Source: a virus
DNA length: 64,000 nt
Reading direction: 5' to 3' (one strand)
IMG/VR virus record: IMGVR_UViG_3300037584_005429
Span: 19,060-83,059 of that record
In this document: positions 46,561 through 55,533 of the stretch, in pieces
Layout of the letters: each line of letters opens with the position of its first letter
Numbering within the stretch: the first letter of the stretch is position 1
Position numbers and translations under genes: made by a program
Notes under the pieces: generated by a model
The model's input: only the letters and a program-made list of their open reading frames with translations
Database searches by the model: none
Told to the model about the DNA's origin: nothing

Positions 46561-48402
46561 TTAGGAGAAAGTTGGTTTGGTGTTTCTCTTAGTTCTAACA
46601 GCTATGTCCCTTTCTGGGAATCTAATTTGTAATATTTCATCAGGTTGTGCAAAAATAGTATCATCTATTAATCCTATTTGTTTGGTGGTTCCATTAGAAT
46701 ATGGTTGTGTACTAACGGATTGTGAGTATGGGTCACCAACTTTATTATATACTCTAATATCAACTATGTTTATAACACCTGGTTCATTCATTATTTGTTT
46801 TCTTAATTCACCTAAAGATAAATCCTGCCCCATCTCTATTTTGTTAACACCAAAATAATCCCCCACAATAGTAATTACATCTGTTACTACTTCACCTTGA
46901 TTTACATCATTATTTAAAATTAAATCAATTTCAAAACTTAAATCTATTACTTTTGCGGAACCTACTATTATATAATCATTTAACATTCTATGGTTTGATA
47001 GGTATGTAGCTATATTATTTTTAAGTGTTGAACTTACGTTAGATGTTAAGGTTCCTTCTGGTGTGTACGACAACACATTTAATTTAACTTTATTTTCTAT
47101 TTCCATAGCACTCACCTTTGCTGGTGCACCAAATGATGAAGGCATAGTTCTTAATTGTGAAACATAATCGTTTATTGTAACTGCTCTTTGTTGAGCTGCA
47201 AAATTAAAAGATATATAATTTCTTATTTCTTCTTGACTCATAGGGTCTGCACCACCTATAGCGGATGTTACGTTATTTACAGCCAAACTATTAATAACGG
47301 TTTGGTTTATCTGTTGGCTAGGTCCAGCAACTACAAAATCTATTGTACCCACATTTTTAACTGCCCCAGCACCTATATTTGAAGCTTTACCACCACCAAC
47401 CCTATATTGTATAAAAAGTGTAGTGTTACCTTTAACCGTATTACCTAAAGCTATGTTATTCATAAATCGAGACATATCTAGTTGGACTCCTTTTGAACTA
47501 AATTCATCTAATAAATCTTGTGACGTTTGGTTACCACCACCAAATGTTAAAAAGAAAAAACCTTCTGGTGTGTATTCGGTAACAAATCGTTGTGGGGTTG
47601 TGACGTATTTACCAACTTTCATACCCACACTATCAGGTGGTGTAGATGGGTCTTCAACAAAAACTTCATTTTGAGCTAAGGCTTCTACTTCACGCCATTT
47701 ATTTGATAGGGGTGAAATGAACTCTGATGGGTTTGGTAGGGATTGATATCCCACACCGTCTTTTTGTATTATTGAAGTGACTGATATCACATTTTTTTCT
47801 GGTAAAAATAATTTAAAAAATGGTTTACTGTCAGTATCTAAAATTTCTTTTTTAAATACTTTAGTGGTACCATTAACTAAAACCTCTCTTTTAGTTATTG
47901 TATAATTAATTAAAATACCGTTAGAATCAAAATTAGGTATTTTTGTACGATTGGGTATACCTTCCAGACTATAAGGAGAAGAAAAATCACAATCATCAAC
48001 TAATTCAAATATTTGACCACCACCATTAAATTGTGAACCAGCTCTTAATAGCCCCAAATATTTAAAATCTTCTTTATCACCTAAAGCCGGTACAATAATT
48101 GATAAATCACCTACTGTAACTGAAGGTCTATTACCCGGCACTTTTAAACCATATGTTCTTGCTAAATTATATAGTGAACTTCTTTCTTGTGCGAACTGAA
48201 GTACTGTTTCTTGGAAGGTTCTGTCTATTTGAAAGTTTAGGTTATCCGCGACTGCGGCATTTAAGTCTAAAAAAACTGAGTATATAGATGCGTCATTAGC
48301 ATTTTGAATTAAATCTGGGTAGTAAGTATTAGTTAACCTTAATAATTCATTTCTTATCCCTAAGAAATCTCTTTCCGTATAAGCTATTTGTTTTTCTGCC
48401 AT
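46561..48402 (-). CDS. Baseplate wedge subunit (T4 gp6 / baseplate J-like)
   Basis: RDFLGIRNEL...YYP, ETVLQFAQERSSLYNLARTYG, YRVGGG, GGADPMSQEEIR and QQRAVTINDY. Follows gp25. Confidence 0.9.
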   Translation of the reverse strand: MAEKQIAYTERDFLGIRNELLRLTNTYYPDLIQNANDASIYSVFLDLNAAVADNLNFQIDRTFQETVLQFAQERSSLYNLARTYGLKVPGNRPSVTVGDLSIIVPALGDKEDFKYLGLLRAGSQFNGGGQIFELVDDCDFSSPYSLEGIPNRTKIPNFDSNGILINYTITKREVLVNGTTKVFKKEILDTDSKPFFKLFLPEKNVISVTSIIQKDGVGYQSLPNPSEFISPLSNKWREVEALAQNEVFVEDPSTPPDSVGMKVGKYVTTPQRFVTEYTPEGFFFLTFGGGNQTSQDLLDEFSSKGVQLDMSRFMNNIALGNTVKGNTTLFIQYRVGGGKASNIGAGAVKNVGTIDFVVAGPSQQINQTVINSLAVNNVTSAIGGADPMSQEEIRNYISFNFAAQQRAVTINDYVSQLRTMPSSFGAPAKVSAMEIENKVKLNVLSYTPEGTLTSNVSSTLKNNIATYLSNHRMLNDYIIVGSAKVIDLSFEIDLILNNDVNQGEVVTDVITIVGDYFGVNKIEMGQDLSLGELRKQIMNEPGVINIVDIRVYNKVGDPYSQSVSTQPYSNGTTKQIGLIDDTIFAQPDEILQIRFPERDIAVRTKRNTKPTFS

Positions 48403-48403
48403 A

Positions 48404-48865
48404 TTATAAATTAATTATTACAAAATCTTTAGTTTGAAATACATTATCTCCAGCTGTAAAGTCTATTCTAACTCTTATAGAATATTCTCTTTCTGTCGCA
48501 CCAACAAAAGTAAAACTATTATCTTCTACATCTGGTGTATTTATTTCTTCCTTTTCTTGTTGCCTAACATCCTCAGCTGTCATTACTTCCACTTTTGTAA
48601 TTGTTAAATTAGGTATAAACTTATCTACCGCTTCTCTTATTTCAGTGTCTATAGAAGTTTTAGTTGCTGCATCCATAGGTTCAAAAATATACCTCATTAA
48701 ATTAGTGCCAAAATCAGGTAAAAAATAACGCGTACCTTTTAATGTAAGTATTAAATGAATTAAGTTAGACCTAACTTCACTGTCTGGTGTTTTATTAAGT
48801 CCAAGAAAAAATCCTTCACTACTTTCTGTAAATGGAAACGTTATACCGTATCTTTGATTGGGCAT
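48404..48865 (-). CDS. Baseplate gp25/GPW-like protein
   Basis: GITFPF, VRSNLIHLILTLKGTRYFLPDFGTNLMRYIFEP and IREAVDKFIPNL. Confidence 0.92.
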   Translation of the reverse strand: MPNQRYGITFPFTESSEGFFLGLNKTPDSEVRSNLIHLILTLKGTRYFLPDFGTNLMRYIFEPMDAATKTSIDTEIREAVDKFIPNLTITKVEVMTAEDVRQQEKEEINTPDVEDNSFTFVGATEREYSIRVRIDFTAGDNVFQTKDFVIINL

Positions 48866-48877
48866 TCTTTTTTTATA

Positions 48878-48884
48878 ATAAATA
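48878..48884 (-). promoter_or_regulatory. TATTTAT motif at the head of the baseplate operon
   Basis: 12 nt upstream of the gp25 ATG, at the boundary between the replication and structural blocks. Confidence 0.6.
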
Positions 48885-48893
48885 CTTCAAAGA

Positions 48894-49100
48894 TTATTTT
48901 AATTGTGTGTTTGTTTTTTGATGAGGTGGCCAATATGGACAATGCTTACATCCATTACCACAACAACTACCACGTTTTTTATGGTACTCTTCTGTCATTA
49001 CCATCATTCCATTTTGCCAATAAAAGTCTTTACCTTGTAGTTTAGGTTTCAGAAATTCTCTATAATGTAGTTCTGCTATCCAATCGTCTTTTCTATTCAT
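48894..49100 (-). CDS. Small Cys-rich protein (DUF5522-like)
   Basis: DFYWQNGMMVMTEEYHKKRGSCCGNGCKHCPY matches the DUF5522 'H..RG.CCG.GC.HCPY' pattern. Confidence 0.8.
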   Translation of the reverse strand: MNRKDDWIAELHYREFLKPKLQGKDFYWQNGMMVMTEEYHKKRGSCCGNGCKHCPYWPPHQKTNTQLK

Positions 49101-49278
49101 CTTTTATATCTATTATATTTTCTTTGTGTTCACAGTGAGGACACGTTATTTTTTTATTAGTATTTAAATCTTTAGTATTGTTTAGAGACAATAAATGGTA
49201 GTCAGAAACTGACCACCATTTATTACACTTACCACATTTAAAATGGTATAAGATTTCTTTACTAACTTTATGCTTCAT
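49093..49278 (-). CDS. Small zinc-ribbon protein
   Basis: HFKCGKCNKWWS ... ITCPHCEH; overlaps both neighbours. Confidence 0.65.
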   Translation of the reverse strand: MKHKVSKEILYHFKCGKCNKWWSVSDYHLLSLNNTKDLNTNKKITCPHCEHKENIIDIKDE

Positions 49279-51166
49279 CTAATTCTTTTTCCATAGATTT
49301 TAAATCAACATCTATTTCACAAGTACCACCAGCACAAGCTAATTCCCCAGTTAAGTTTGTATTATCATCTAACTCAACAACTCTACTTAAGTCAACATCC
49401 TTAAGTGACTCCATCATTTGATTATATTTTTCCTCTGTAATATCTTCAAAAGGAGCTTGGGTGTACGTACCACCATCATAAGGTAATACTGATAAACCAT
49501 TATAGTGTTTTCTATTTTCCCACATCCATTCACCGGCTGGTTCCCAATCTTCTTGTTTTAATGAAATAGTTGCTGATACATTATGGGAATTAGAACCATT
49601 TCTATGACCCGCTCTAACCCATTCAGTAGCAACCTTTTTAACTCTTTCTAATAAATCAAAAGCGGACTCAGTTCTTAGTATAGAACCTTCAGGAGCTTTT
49701 TGTGGTATACTAATTACTGCAGTGTCGTGTGGTCTAAAATATTCATCTTCAACTAATTCTGGGTGATTTAAATTTAAATATGTATAAATAGCTTCGTTTT
49801 TACCCACTCTAACTCTTCTAATATAATAATCATTATGCCATGCATGAATACCAGATGAAGTTCCTAGTGTTAAGGAAGTTGTTCCTGCTGGCTTTACTGT
49901 TGTACATCTTGCTGATGGATTAATATCTATCAATTTAGATACTCTAGTATTTTCTCTTTTGACTAAACTTGCAGCTTTTTTCATATCATAATTTAATACT
50001 TTACCAGAACCAATACCTGTCATACTTACACCAATCAAAGCATCTTTTTCAGTAGTTTCTTGCCATATTTCTCTTAGATAGTGGAATGAGGTATATCCTG
50101 CTTGTAGTGTCCCAATAAATGCAGCTGCTTTAACTCTTTCGTTCAAATCTTCTTGTGATTCTATATTTGAAACATTTACTTCGCAAAGATTACAGAATTG
50201 ATTAGGTCTTAGTGCAATTTCACAGCAAGGATTGGTTCCCCAGTCTTTGTCATTATTTAGATAAATACCTGGTTCACCTGCTCCTGATAATTCAACTCTT
50301 TTCCATAAATCCATGAAAAATTCTTTAGTTATTTTATGTCTCATTAAACACGCTGAATTATTTGCTCTACCTCTTTGTGGGTTTAATTCCCACCAATTAC
50401 CAGATTTGCATCCAATCATAGCATCGTCATCAGCACTAAACAAACTAATAAGAGCTGCTCTACGTATTCCACCCGCCAATACCGCATCTGCAATATGACA
50501 AATAATATCGTGTACTTCAATAGTTGTAAGTTGTTCTCCATTTTCTTTTTGATTTAATAGACCTTCTATCTTAACCAAACATTCTTTTAGTGGTTGAGGT
50601 CCTGGTGCTTTACCACCTGATGTTATTAATCTAGCTCCTTTTGGTCTTATATCTGAATAATCAAATTCTACTCTACTTCCACCACCATTCATATAAGTTT
50701 TCATTAAAACTTTAATTGCATCTGCCCATCCTTCAATTGAATCACCAATTAAAAATCTTTTCTTTCTTTTTGGGTAGGGTTGTTGGATTACTGGTAATTT
50801 TTTTACATGATGTTTTTGTACTGAGTACCCCACACCTGTACCACCTAATAAAAGAAACATTGTTTCACTGAAAGCGTCGATGTGGTCGATAGGTACATAA
50901 GCACAATTATAAATTCTGTTTGGGCTTATTTCAATTGGTTTACCGCCGAATTGCATACTTCTCATTGATGGTAAAACTTTTTTATCGTATACGAACTTGT
51001 ATTTTTGTTCTATCTCTTCTTTTAGGTGTGGATATTTTTTAATATGCATGTTTTTATTTCGCGTAACTAATTCATCCCACGTTTCTCTCCTATTTAGTTC
51101 CGGTATATATTTTGCGTACTTCATGTAGACAGTAATATCCGACAGAATCTTATTTGATACTTCCAT
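49268..51166 (-). CDS. nrdJ: Class II (adenosylcobalamin-dependent) ribonucleotide reductase, monomeric RTPR-like
   Basis: VLPSMRSM, NCAY, GGTGVGYSV, AGGIRRAALI, the catalytic GTNPCCEI, TTVKPAGTTS, and the C-terminal redox pair CAGGTC. No beta subunit is adjacent. Confidence 0.9.
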   Translation of the reverse strand: MEVSNKILSDITVYMKYAKYIPELNRRETWDELVTRNKNMHIKKYPHLKEEIEQKYKFVYDKKVLPSMRSMQFGGKPIEISPNRIYNCAYVPIDHIDAFSETMFLLLGGTGVGYSVQKHHVKKLPVIQQPYPKRKKRFLIGDSIEGWADAIKVLMKTYMNGGGSRVEFDYSDIRPKGARLITSGGKAPGPQPLKECLVKIEGLLNQKENGEQLTTIEVHDIICHIADAVLAGGIRRAALISLFSADDDAMIGCKSGNWWELNPQRGRANNSACLMRHKITKEFFMDLWKRVELSGAGEPGIYLNNDKDWGTNPCCEIALRPNQFCNLCEVNVSNIESQEDLNERVKAAAFIGTLQAGYTSFHYLREIWQETTEKDALIGVSMTGIGSGKVLNYDMKKAASLVKRENTRVSKLIDINPSARCTTVKPAGTTSLTLGTSSGIHAWHNDYYIRRVRVGKNEAIYTYLNLNHPELVEDEYFRPHDTAVISIPQKAPEGSILRTESAFDLLERVKKVATEWVRAGHRNGSNSHNVSATISLKQEDWEPAGEWMWENRKHYNGLSVLPYDGGTYTQAPFEDITEEKYNQMMESLKDVDLSRVVELDDNTNLTGELACAGGTCEIDVDLKSMEKELDEA

Positions 51167-51180
51167 ATTTTTCTTTTTTA

Positions 51181-52560
51181 TTAATTATTTTTATTTATTA
51201 TTTGTTCTCTTCTTTGTAGAGCTCGAGCCACTCTCTCACGATTTCTGTCAACTTTTTCTTGTTCAAAGCCTAAGAATGTTTGTGTTGTTTCAGTATCGAT
51301 TTCTAAGGTACCATTATCAAATTTACAATTTTCAAATATAATACCGTCTTTTCCTAATCGGGATTTAACGATTGCTATGGTAGCTAATCCCATTTCTTTT
51401 TGTTGTAAAGTTTTAGCTACAGATATTATTACGTGTCCAACTTGTGCTTTTTTAATTGAGCCTCCCATTTGGTCAGTGGTTACAACATCTGATGATATTG
51501 AACTCCTGTTACCTTGTGTTGCTGTCCAACCAGCAATATTTAACTCGTGACACATACCTTCGAATTTTCTCATGACAGAACCTTCTCCCTTCCATTCATC
51601 ATTAAATGAACGGTCTGGTAATATACAATCTATATAATCTATAAGAACAATGTCTATTTTTGTACCTTCAGAAATAATTTTTCTTACTTGGTTTTTAATT
51701 TGTAACATTGTCATTTCATCTGATGGTAATTTTTTTAATATTAATTTACCTCCAGTTTTTTTCATTTCATCTGCTTTATCTAGTACAGTTTCTTTATGTT
51801 CAGTTAACTTGTCGTTTGGTATTCCCGTCCAACAAGTAAAATGTTTTCTTTGAATTATTTTTGGATTGTCTTCAAAAAATATTTGTAAAACATTGTACCC
51901 CATATTAAATGCTGTGTTAGCAAATCTAGTTAACATTGTGGTTTTACCTACACCTGTAGGTGCTAGTACTACACCTATTTCTCCTTTAGCTAACCCACCA
52001 TTTAAAATATTATCTAAACCATCCACTCCGGTAGGTAATGGATGTCTATAATCATCTTCTAGTAATTTTTCTAATTCTGTAAAAATTTCAAAACTACCCA
52101 CATCTGCTTCACCTATTTTAATTGCGTCCCTAATATATTCTTCACATTTATCATAATTTTCAAATTCACCTTTTTCCATTATACTTTCTACTTTTCTAAT
52201 GGCTTTTTTCAATTCTTGTTGTTTACAGAATTTTATAGACTTTTCTTTAATAAATAGATGGTCTTCAAATGAGGCATCTTTAATATCTTTTATCATATCA
52301 AAGATATTTTTTCTAGCCATTTCTGAAGATATTTCTATTCTTGTTAGTTGGTCTATAGCATCAAAAGATGGTGCTGTTTGGTATTTTTCATAATATTCTT
52401 TAATTAATTGCATAATTAATCTGAAATATTGGTTGTCAAAATATTTTGGAGTGATTGCATCAATTATTGACTGAAAAAAAGTATTATCAGTAATAATTAG
52501 ATTTAATAATTTTAATTGGAAGGTATATCCTAGATACCCAAAATTTGTTGTTTCACTCAT
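51181..52560 (-). CDS. dnaB: Replicative DNA helicase (DnaB / T4 gp41-like)
   Basis: LPTG...LDNILNGGL, Walker A APTGVGKTT, Walker B LIDYID, WTATQGNR and KSRLG. Confidence 0.93.
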   Translation of the reverse strand: MSETTNFGYLGYTFQLKLLNLIITDNTFFQSIIDAITPKYFDNQYFRLIMQLIKEYYEKYQTAPSFDAIDQLTRIEISSEMARKNIFDMIKDIKDASFEDHLFIKEKSIKFCKQQELKKAIRKVESIMEKGEFENYDKCEEYIRDAIKIGEADVGSFEIFTELEKLLEDDYRHPLPTGVDGLDNILNGGLAKGEIGVVLAPTGVGKTTMLTRFANTAFNMGYNVLQIFFEDNPKIIQRKHFTCWTGIPNDKLTEHKETVLDKADEMKKTGGKLILKKLPSDEMTMLQIKNQVRKIISEGTKIDIVLIDYIDCILPDRSFNDEWKGEGSVMRKFEGMCHELNIAGWTATQGNRSSISSDVVTTDQMGGSIKKAQVGHVIISVAKTLQQKEMGLATIAIVKSRLGKDGIIFENCKFDNGTLEIDTETTQTFLGFEQEKVDRNRERVARALQRREQIINKNN

Positions 52561-52578
52561 GTGTAATTTTATTTAATA

Positions 52579-52585
52579 ATAAATA
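52579..52585 (-). promoter_or_regulatory. TATTTAT motif
   Basis: Intergenic, 18 nt upstream of the helicase ATG. Confidence 0.5.
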
Positions 52586-52587
52586 CT

Positions 52588-53031
52588 TTATTCACCCACA
52601 ATGAGTGAATAATCTTGGTAGTTAGTAATAACTTTTCTTGTTGACAAAGTGTCAGTTAATTCTCTTAAAATGTAAGAAATTTGTGGTCTAATATCTACGG
52701 TATACCTAACTTTTGGGGGATAGACATCGGCAGATAGGATTCTTTCATATATAGACTTATTTCCTTTTTTTATTGTTATCGTAAAATTTTCATCATCTGG
52801 GTTATTTTGATTTGGATTTTCTCTAAAATTACTATCTAATAAAAATAAAGTTTTTTGTTTTAATTGTTCTTTTATAGTATTTACAATATCTGTCATAGTA
52901 TAATGTAGGTCTAGAGAATTACTAGCCTTATTATTAAAGTTTCTTACTGAAAAGAATCTTTGGCATACAATATTTTTACCTAAAGTTAGTACGAATTCAC
53001 ACTTTTGTGTATTATCATTTTTTTGTTTCAT
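52588..53031 (-). CDS. Hypothetical protein in the replication block
   Basis: 147-aa ORF between the 5'-3' exonuclease and the helicase. Confidence 0.6.
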   Translation of the reverse strand: MKQKNDNTQKCEFVLTLGKNIVCQRFFSVRNFNNKASNSLDLHYTMTDIVNTIKEQLKQKTLFLLDSNFRENPNQNNPDDENFTITIKKGNKSIYERILSADVYPPKVRYTVDIRPQISYILRELTDTLSTRKVITNYQDYSLIVGE

Positions 53032-53035
53032 GTTT

Positions 53036-54061
53036 TTAATTTTTTTTACTTTTATAAAAATCTTTTTCTATTCTTGTTAATCTTAAAAATGGTCTTACAA
53101 AATCTACCCAAGCATCATTTGTTTTCGGTAAAATATTAAGTAATCCATCTGACATCATCAAGTTTAAAGCGTTTTTCCATTCTCTTCCTTCTGGGTCCAT
53201 CGCTTCTTGAGATAGGTCTGTTATTCCATTTATTGCTTTTTTGGTTAGGAATTTTTCACCAACACCTATAATATCATAATTAGTTTTTAAAACATTATTT
53301 GGTGTATTTTTTTCATTTAGAATTTTTGGGTCTTTTTGTGTTACCCCGTTAAGTATATTTTTTTCCTTAACATTTAATTTTTCTTTAGATTTAAGTGTTT
53401 CTATGACTTCTTCTAGTGTAACTTTTTCTTCTAATATTTCTGGTTTTATTTTAACTAAGGATTTTACACCAACCATTTTTATACCATATATATTATCAGA
53501 AGAATCACCACAAATTGTTTTTACTACTCTAACATTCTCTGAAGGTATATAAACACCGTTTAATGGTACTTTTTCACCGTGTTTAAATAATTTATTTAAT
53601 GAAATAATATGTAGAGAAACCTTCTTAGATATTAGTTGTAGTAAGTCCCTATCAGAAGTTAATATTATTATGTTTTCTTCTTTAGATTTTTCACAATAAT
53701 AAGCCATACAATCGTCAGCTTCACACCATTTAAATGTGGCTTGTCTAACGTATAATTCTTCTAAATATTCTTGTACCCTTAATTTTTGTTTTGCGTAAGA
53801 TTCTAAATCTTCATTTTTTCTAGACTTTAATCTTCTATTTAATTTATATTCAGGATATATTTCCAGTCTTGGTTTGGTGTTATTTTCTCCATCCCAAAAA
53901 ACAACTACTTTACTAATAACATAGTCATCTATTAATTTTCTTAGTGTATTTAAAAAATGGTAAAGCCCACCTATGTGTTCCTCACCATGATACATATTTT
54001 TAATACCATGAAAACCTGTATTTAATAATGAATTTCCGTCAACTAATAATGTTCTTACCAA
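53036..54061 (-). CDS. 5'-3' exonuclease / flap endonuclease (T4 RNase H, PolA N-terminal-like)
   Basis: LLVDGNSL, VVFWDG, YPEYKLNR, EADDCMA, TSDRDLLQL and CGDSSDNIYGIKMVG (H3TH). TTG start. Confidence 0.93.
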   Translation of the reverse strand: MVRTLLVDGNSLLNTGFHGIKNMYHGEEHIGGLYHFLNTLRKLIDDYVISKVVVFWDGENNTKPRLEIYPEYKLNRRLKSRKNEDLESYAKQKLRVQEYLEELYVRQATFKWCEADDCMAYYCEKSKEENIIILTSDRDLLQLISKKVSLHIISLNKLFKHGEKVPLNGVYIPSENVRVVKTICGDSSDNIYGIKMVGVKSLVKIKPEILEEKVTLEEVIETLKSKEKLNVKEKNILNGVTQKDPKILNEKNTPNNVLKTNYDIIGVGEKFLTKKAINGITDLSQEAMDPEGREWKNALNLMMSDGLLNILPKTNDAWVDFVRPFLRLTRIEKDFYKSKKN

Positions 54062-54091
54062 GACATTTAATTAAAAGGGTTAAACAATTTT

Positions 54092-54526
54092 TTACTCTAC
54101 TACTTCTACTAACTCAATTTCAAAATTTAAATCTTCACCAGCTAATGGATGATTCATATCTAAATTTACACTTTCCTCTTCAATTTTAACAATTTGTCCT
54201 TGTACTGGTCTACCTTGGTTGTCTTGCCCTTGTACAAATCCATTCATTTCAAAGTTCATTTCTGGTGGAAATTCATTCTTTTTAACTGTTATAACAGCTT
54301 CTGTAATATATTCACCGTAAGCTTCTTTAGCCTCTAATTTAACTTTAGTTTTTTTACCCACATCTAAATCTTTAACAGCGTCATTAAATCCTTTTAATAA
54401 TTTACCATCGTCTATTGCAAATTCTAATGTTTGTTTTCTTTCTCTTGAGTTGTCAAATTCTGAACCGTCTTTTAATGTACCGACATAGTGTACTTTTACT
54501 TTATCTCCTGATTTTAATTTAGTCAT
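54092..54526 (-). CDS. FKBP-type peptidyl-prolyl cis-trans isomerase (SlyD/SlpA-like, with IF domain, no His-rich tail)
   Basis: GDKVKVHYVGTLKDGSEFDNS, EAYGE and LDMNHPLAGEDLNFEIELVEV. Confidence 0.95.
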   Translation of the reverse strand: MTKLKSGDKVKVHYVGTLKDGSEFDNSRERKQTLEFAIDDGKLLKGFNDAVKDLDVGKKTKVKLEAKEAYGEYITEAVITVKKNEFPPEMNFEMNGFVQGQDNQGRPVQGQIVKIEEESVNLDMNHPLAGEDLNFEIELVEVVE

Positions 54527-55523
54527 TTTCTTTTTCTATTTTTAGGTCGAAATCACCACCAACACCTAATTGGTTAGACCAGAAGGTAGCATTTTCTTGT
54601 TTATATTTTTCTATTGATTTTTTTTCTTCACTGGCTTCTCTTCCAGCTATAAATCCATGTGGTGTTATAAGTATTTTACCATCCTCATAACCCAAACCAT
54701 TAACATGGTTTTTCATTATAGTTATTTTTGTTCTTGTAGCAAATTTTACTTTTCGTTTTTCTTTAACCGCTGTAATATTTGTAGTACCACCATTTTTTTG
54801 GTTTCCAAATCTAAACACTAGAGTTGAGTTTAACCATAGTGATTCACCACCCTTAGCTTTAATTTTAGGTTGTCCAAATGGGTTATCTGGTAATTCAACC
54901 CAAGGTTGGTTGACAACAACTAAGGTATTTGTGTGTTTTGAATCTTGTCTTCTTGATTTACCGATTCTTTGGTTTAAACCCATACCTATTTTATCAGCTA
55001 GTGTGGCTGCATTATGCATTTTACCACCTTTACCTTCAAAAGTCATTTTACAAGGTACGGACCCAACAGAATCCCATAAAAATAATAAATCATACTCTAA
55101 TTCACCTTTATCTTGAGCATCAAGTAAACTATTAATATAATCTGTAATTTCTTCTATATACTGAAAGTCATTATTAAACAAGAAGAATCCGTCCCAGTCT
55201 ATTTCACCTGTAGTTTTATCAACAACTTCCTCACAATCAAATCCTAAAATTTTTGCATGTTCAAAACCCCATTTTTGTTCGGTAATTATTAAAACAGGTA
55301 GAATACCTTTTTTTTGTGCATCAACTGCTGTCTTTATCAAAGCTGTTGTTTTACCAGTATCTGAGTGACCTAAAAACATTTGTAAATGACCCATCGCTGG
55401 TCCTGGTAAACCTGTGGCATCAAGGAAAGCTTTCCCTAAATCAAAAAATCTTTCTGGTTTAAAGTTAGCTTTCTTTGAAAATTTATTTTTTAAGTCTGAA
55501 AATGTTCTTTTTTTCAATGCCAT
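54519..55523 (-). CDS. recA: RecA/UvsX-like recombinase
   Basis: Walker A GHSDTGKTT, Walker B FLWDSVG, VVVNQ, KGGES and MKNH. Adjacent to the SSB gene. Confidence 0.85.
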   Translation of the reverse strand: MALKKRTFSDLKNKFSKKANFKPERFFDLGKAFLDATGLPGPAMGHLQMFLGHSDTGKTTALIKTAVDAQKKGILPVLIITEQKWGFEHAKILGFDCEEVVDKTTGEIDWDGFFLFNNDFQYIEEITDYINSLLDAQDKGELEYDLLFLWDSVGSVPCKMTFEGKGGKMHNAATLADKIGMGLNQRIGKSRRQDSKHTNTLVVVNQPWVELPDNPFGQPKIKAKGGESLWLNSTLVFRFGNQKNGGTTNITAVKEKRKVKFATRTKITIMKNHVNGLGYEDGKILITPHGFIAGREASEEKKSIEKYKQENATFWSNQLGVGGDFDLKIEKEND

Positions 55524-55533
55524 AATACACTAA

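Noticed and set aside
12787-48865. Extracellular contractile injection system or T6SS in a bacterial chromosome
   Set aside because: The baseplate genes are interleaved with T4-like SSB, helicase, primase, gp46/47 and RNR on one strand, with no cellular housekeeping context. This fits a phage.
54055-54066. Mini-ORF ATG-TCT-TGG-TAA overlapping the TTG start of the 5'-3' exonuclease
   Set aside because: Three codons cannot be distinguished from chance without conservation data.
49268-55523. Inteins or introns in nrdJ, the helicase or recA
   Set aside because: Protein lengths are ordinary, the motifs are contiguous, and no intein ends or homing-endonuclease motifs were seen.
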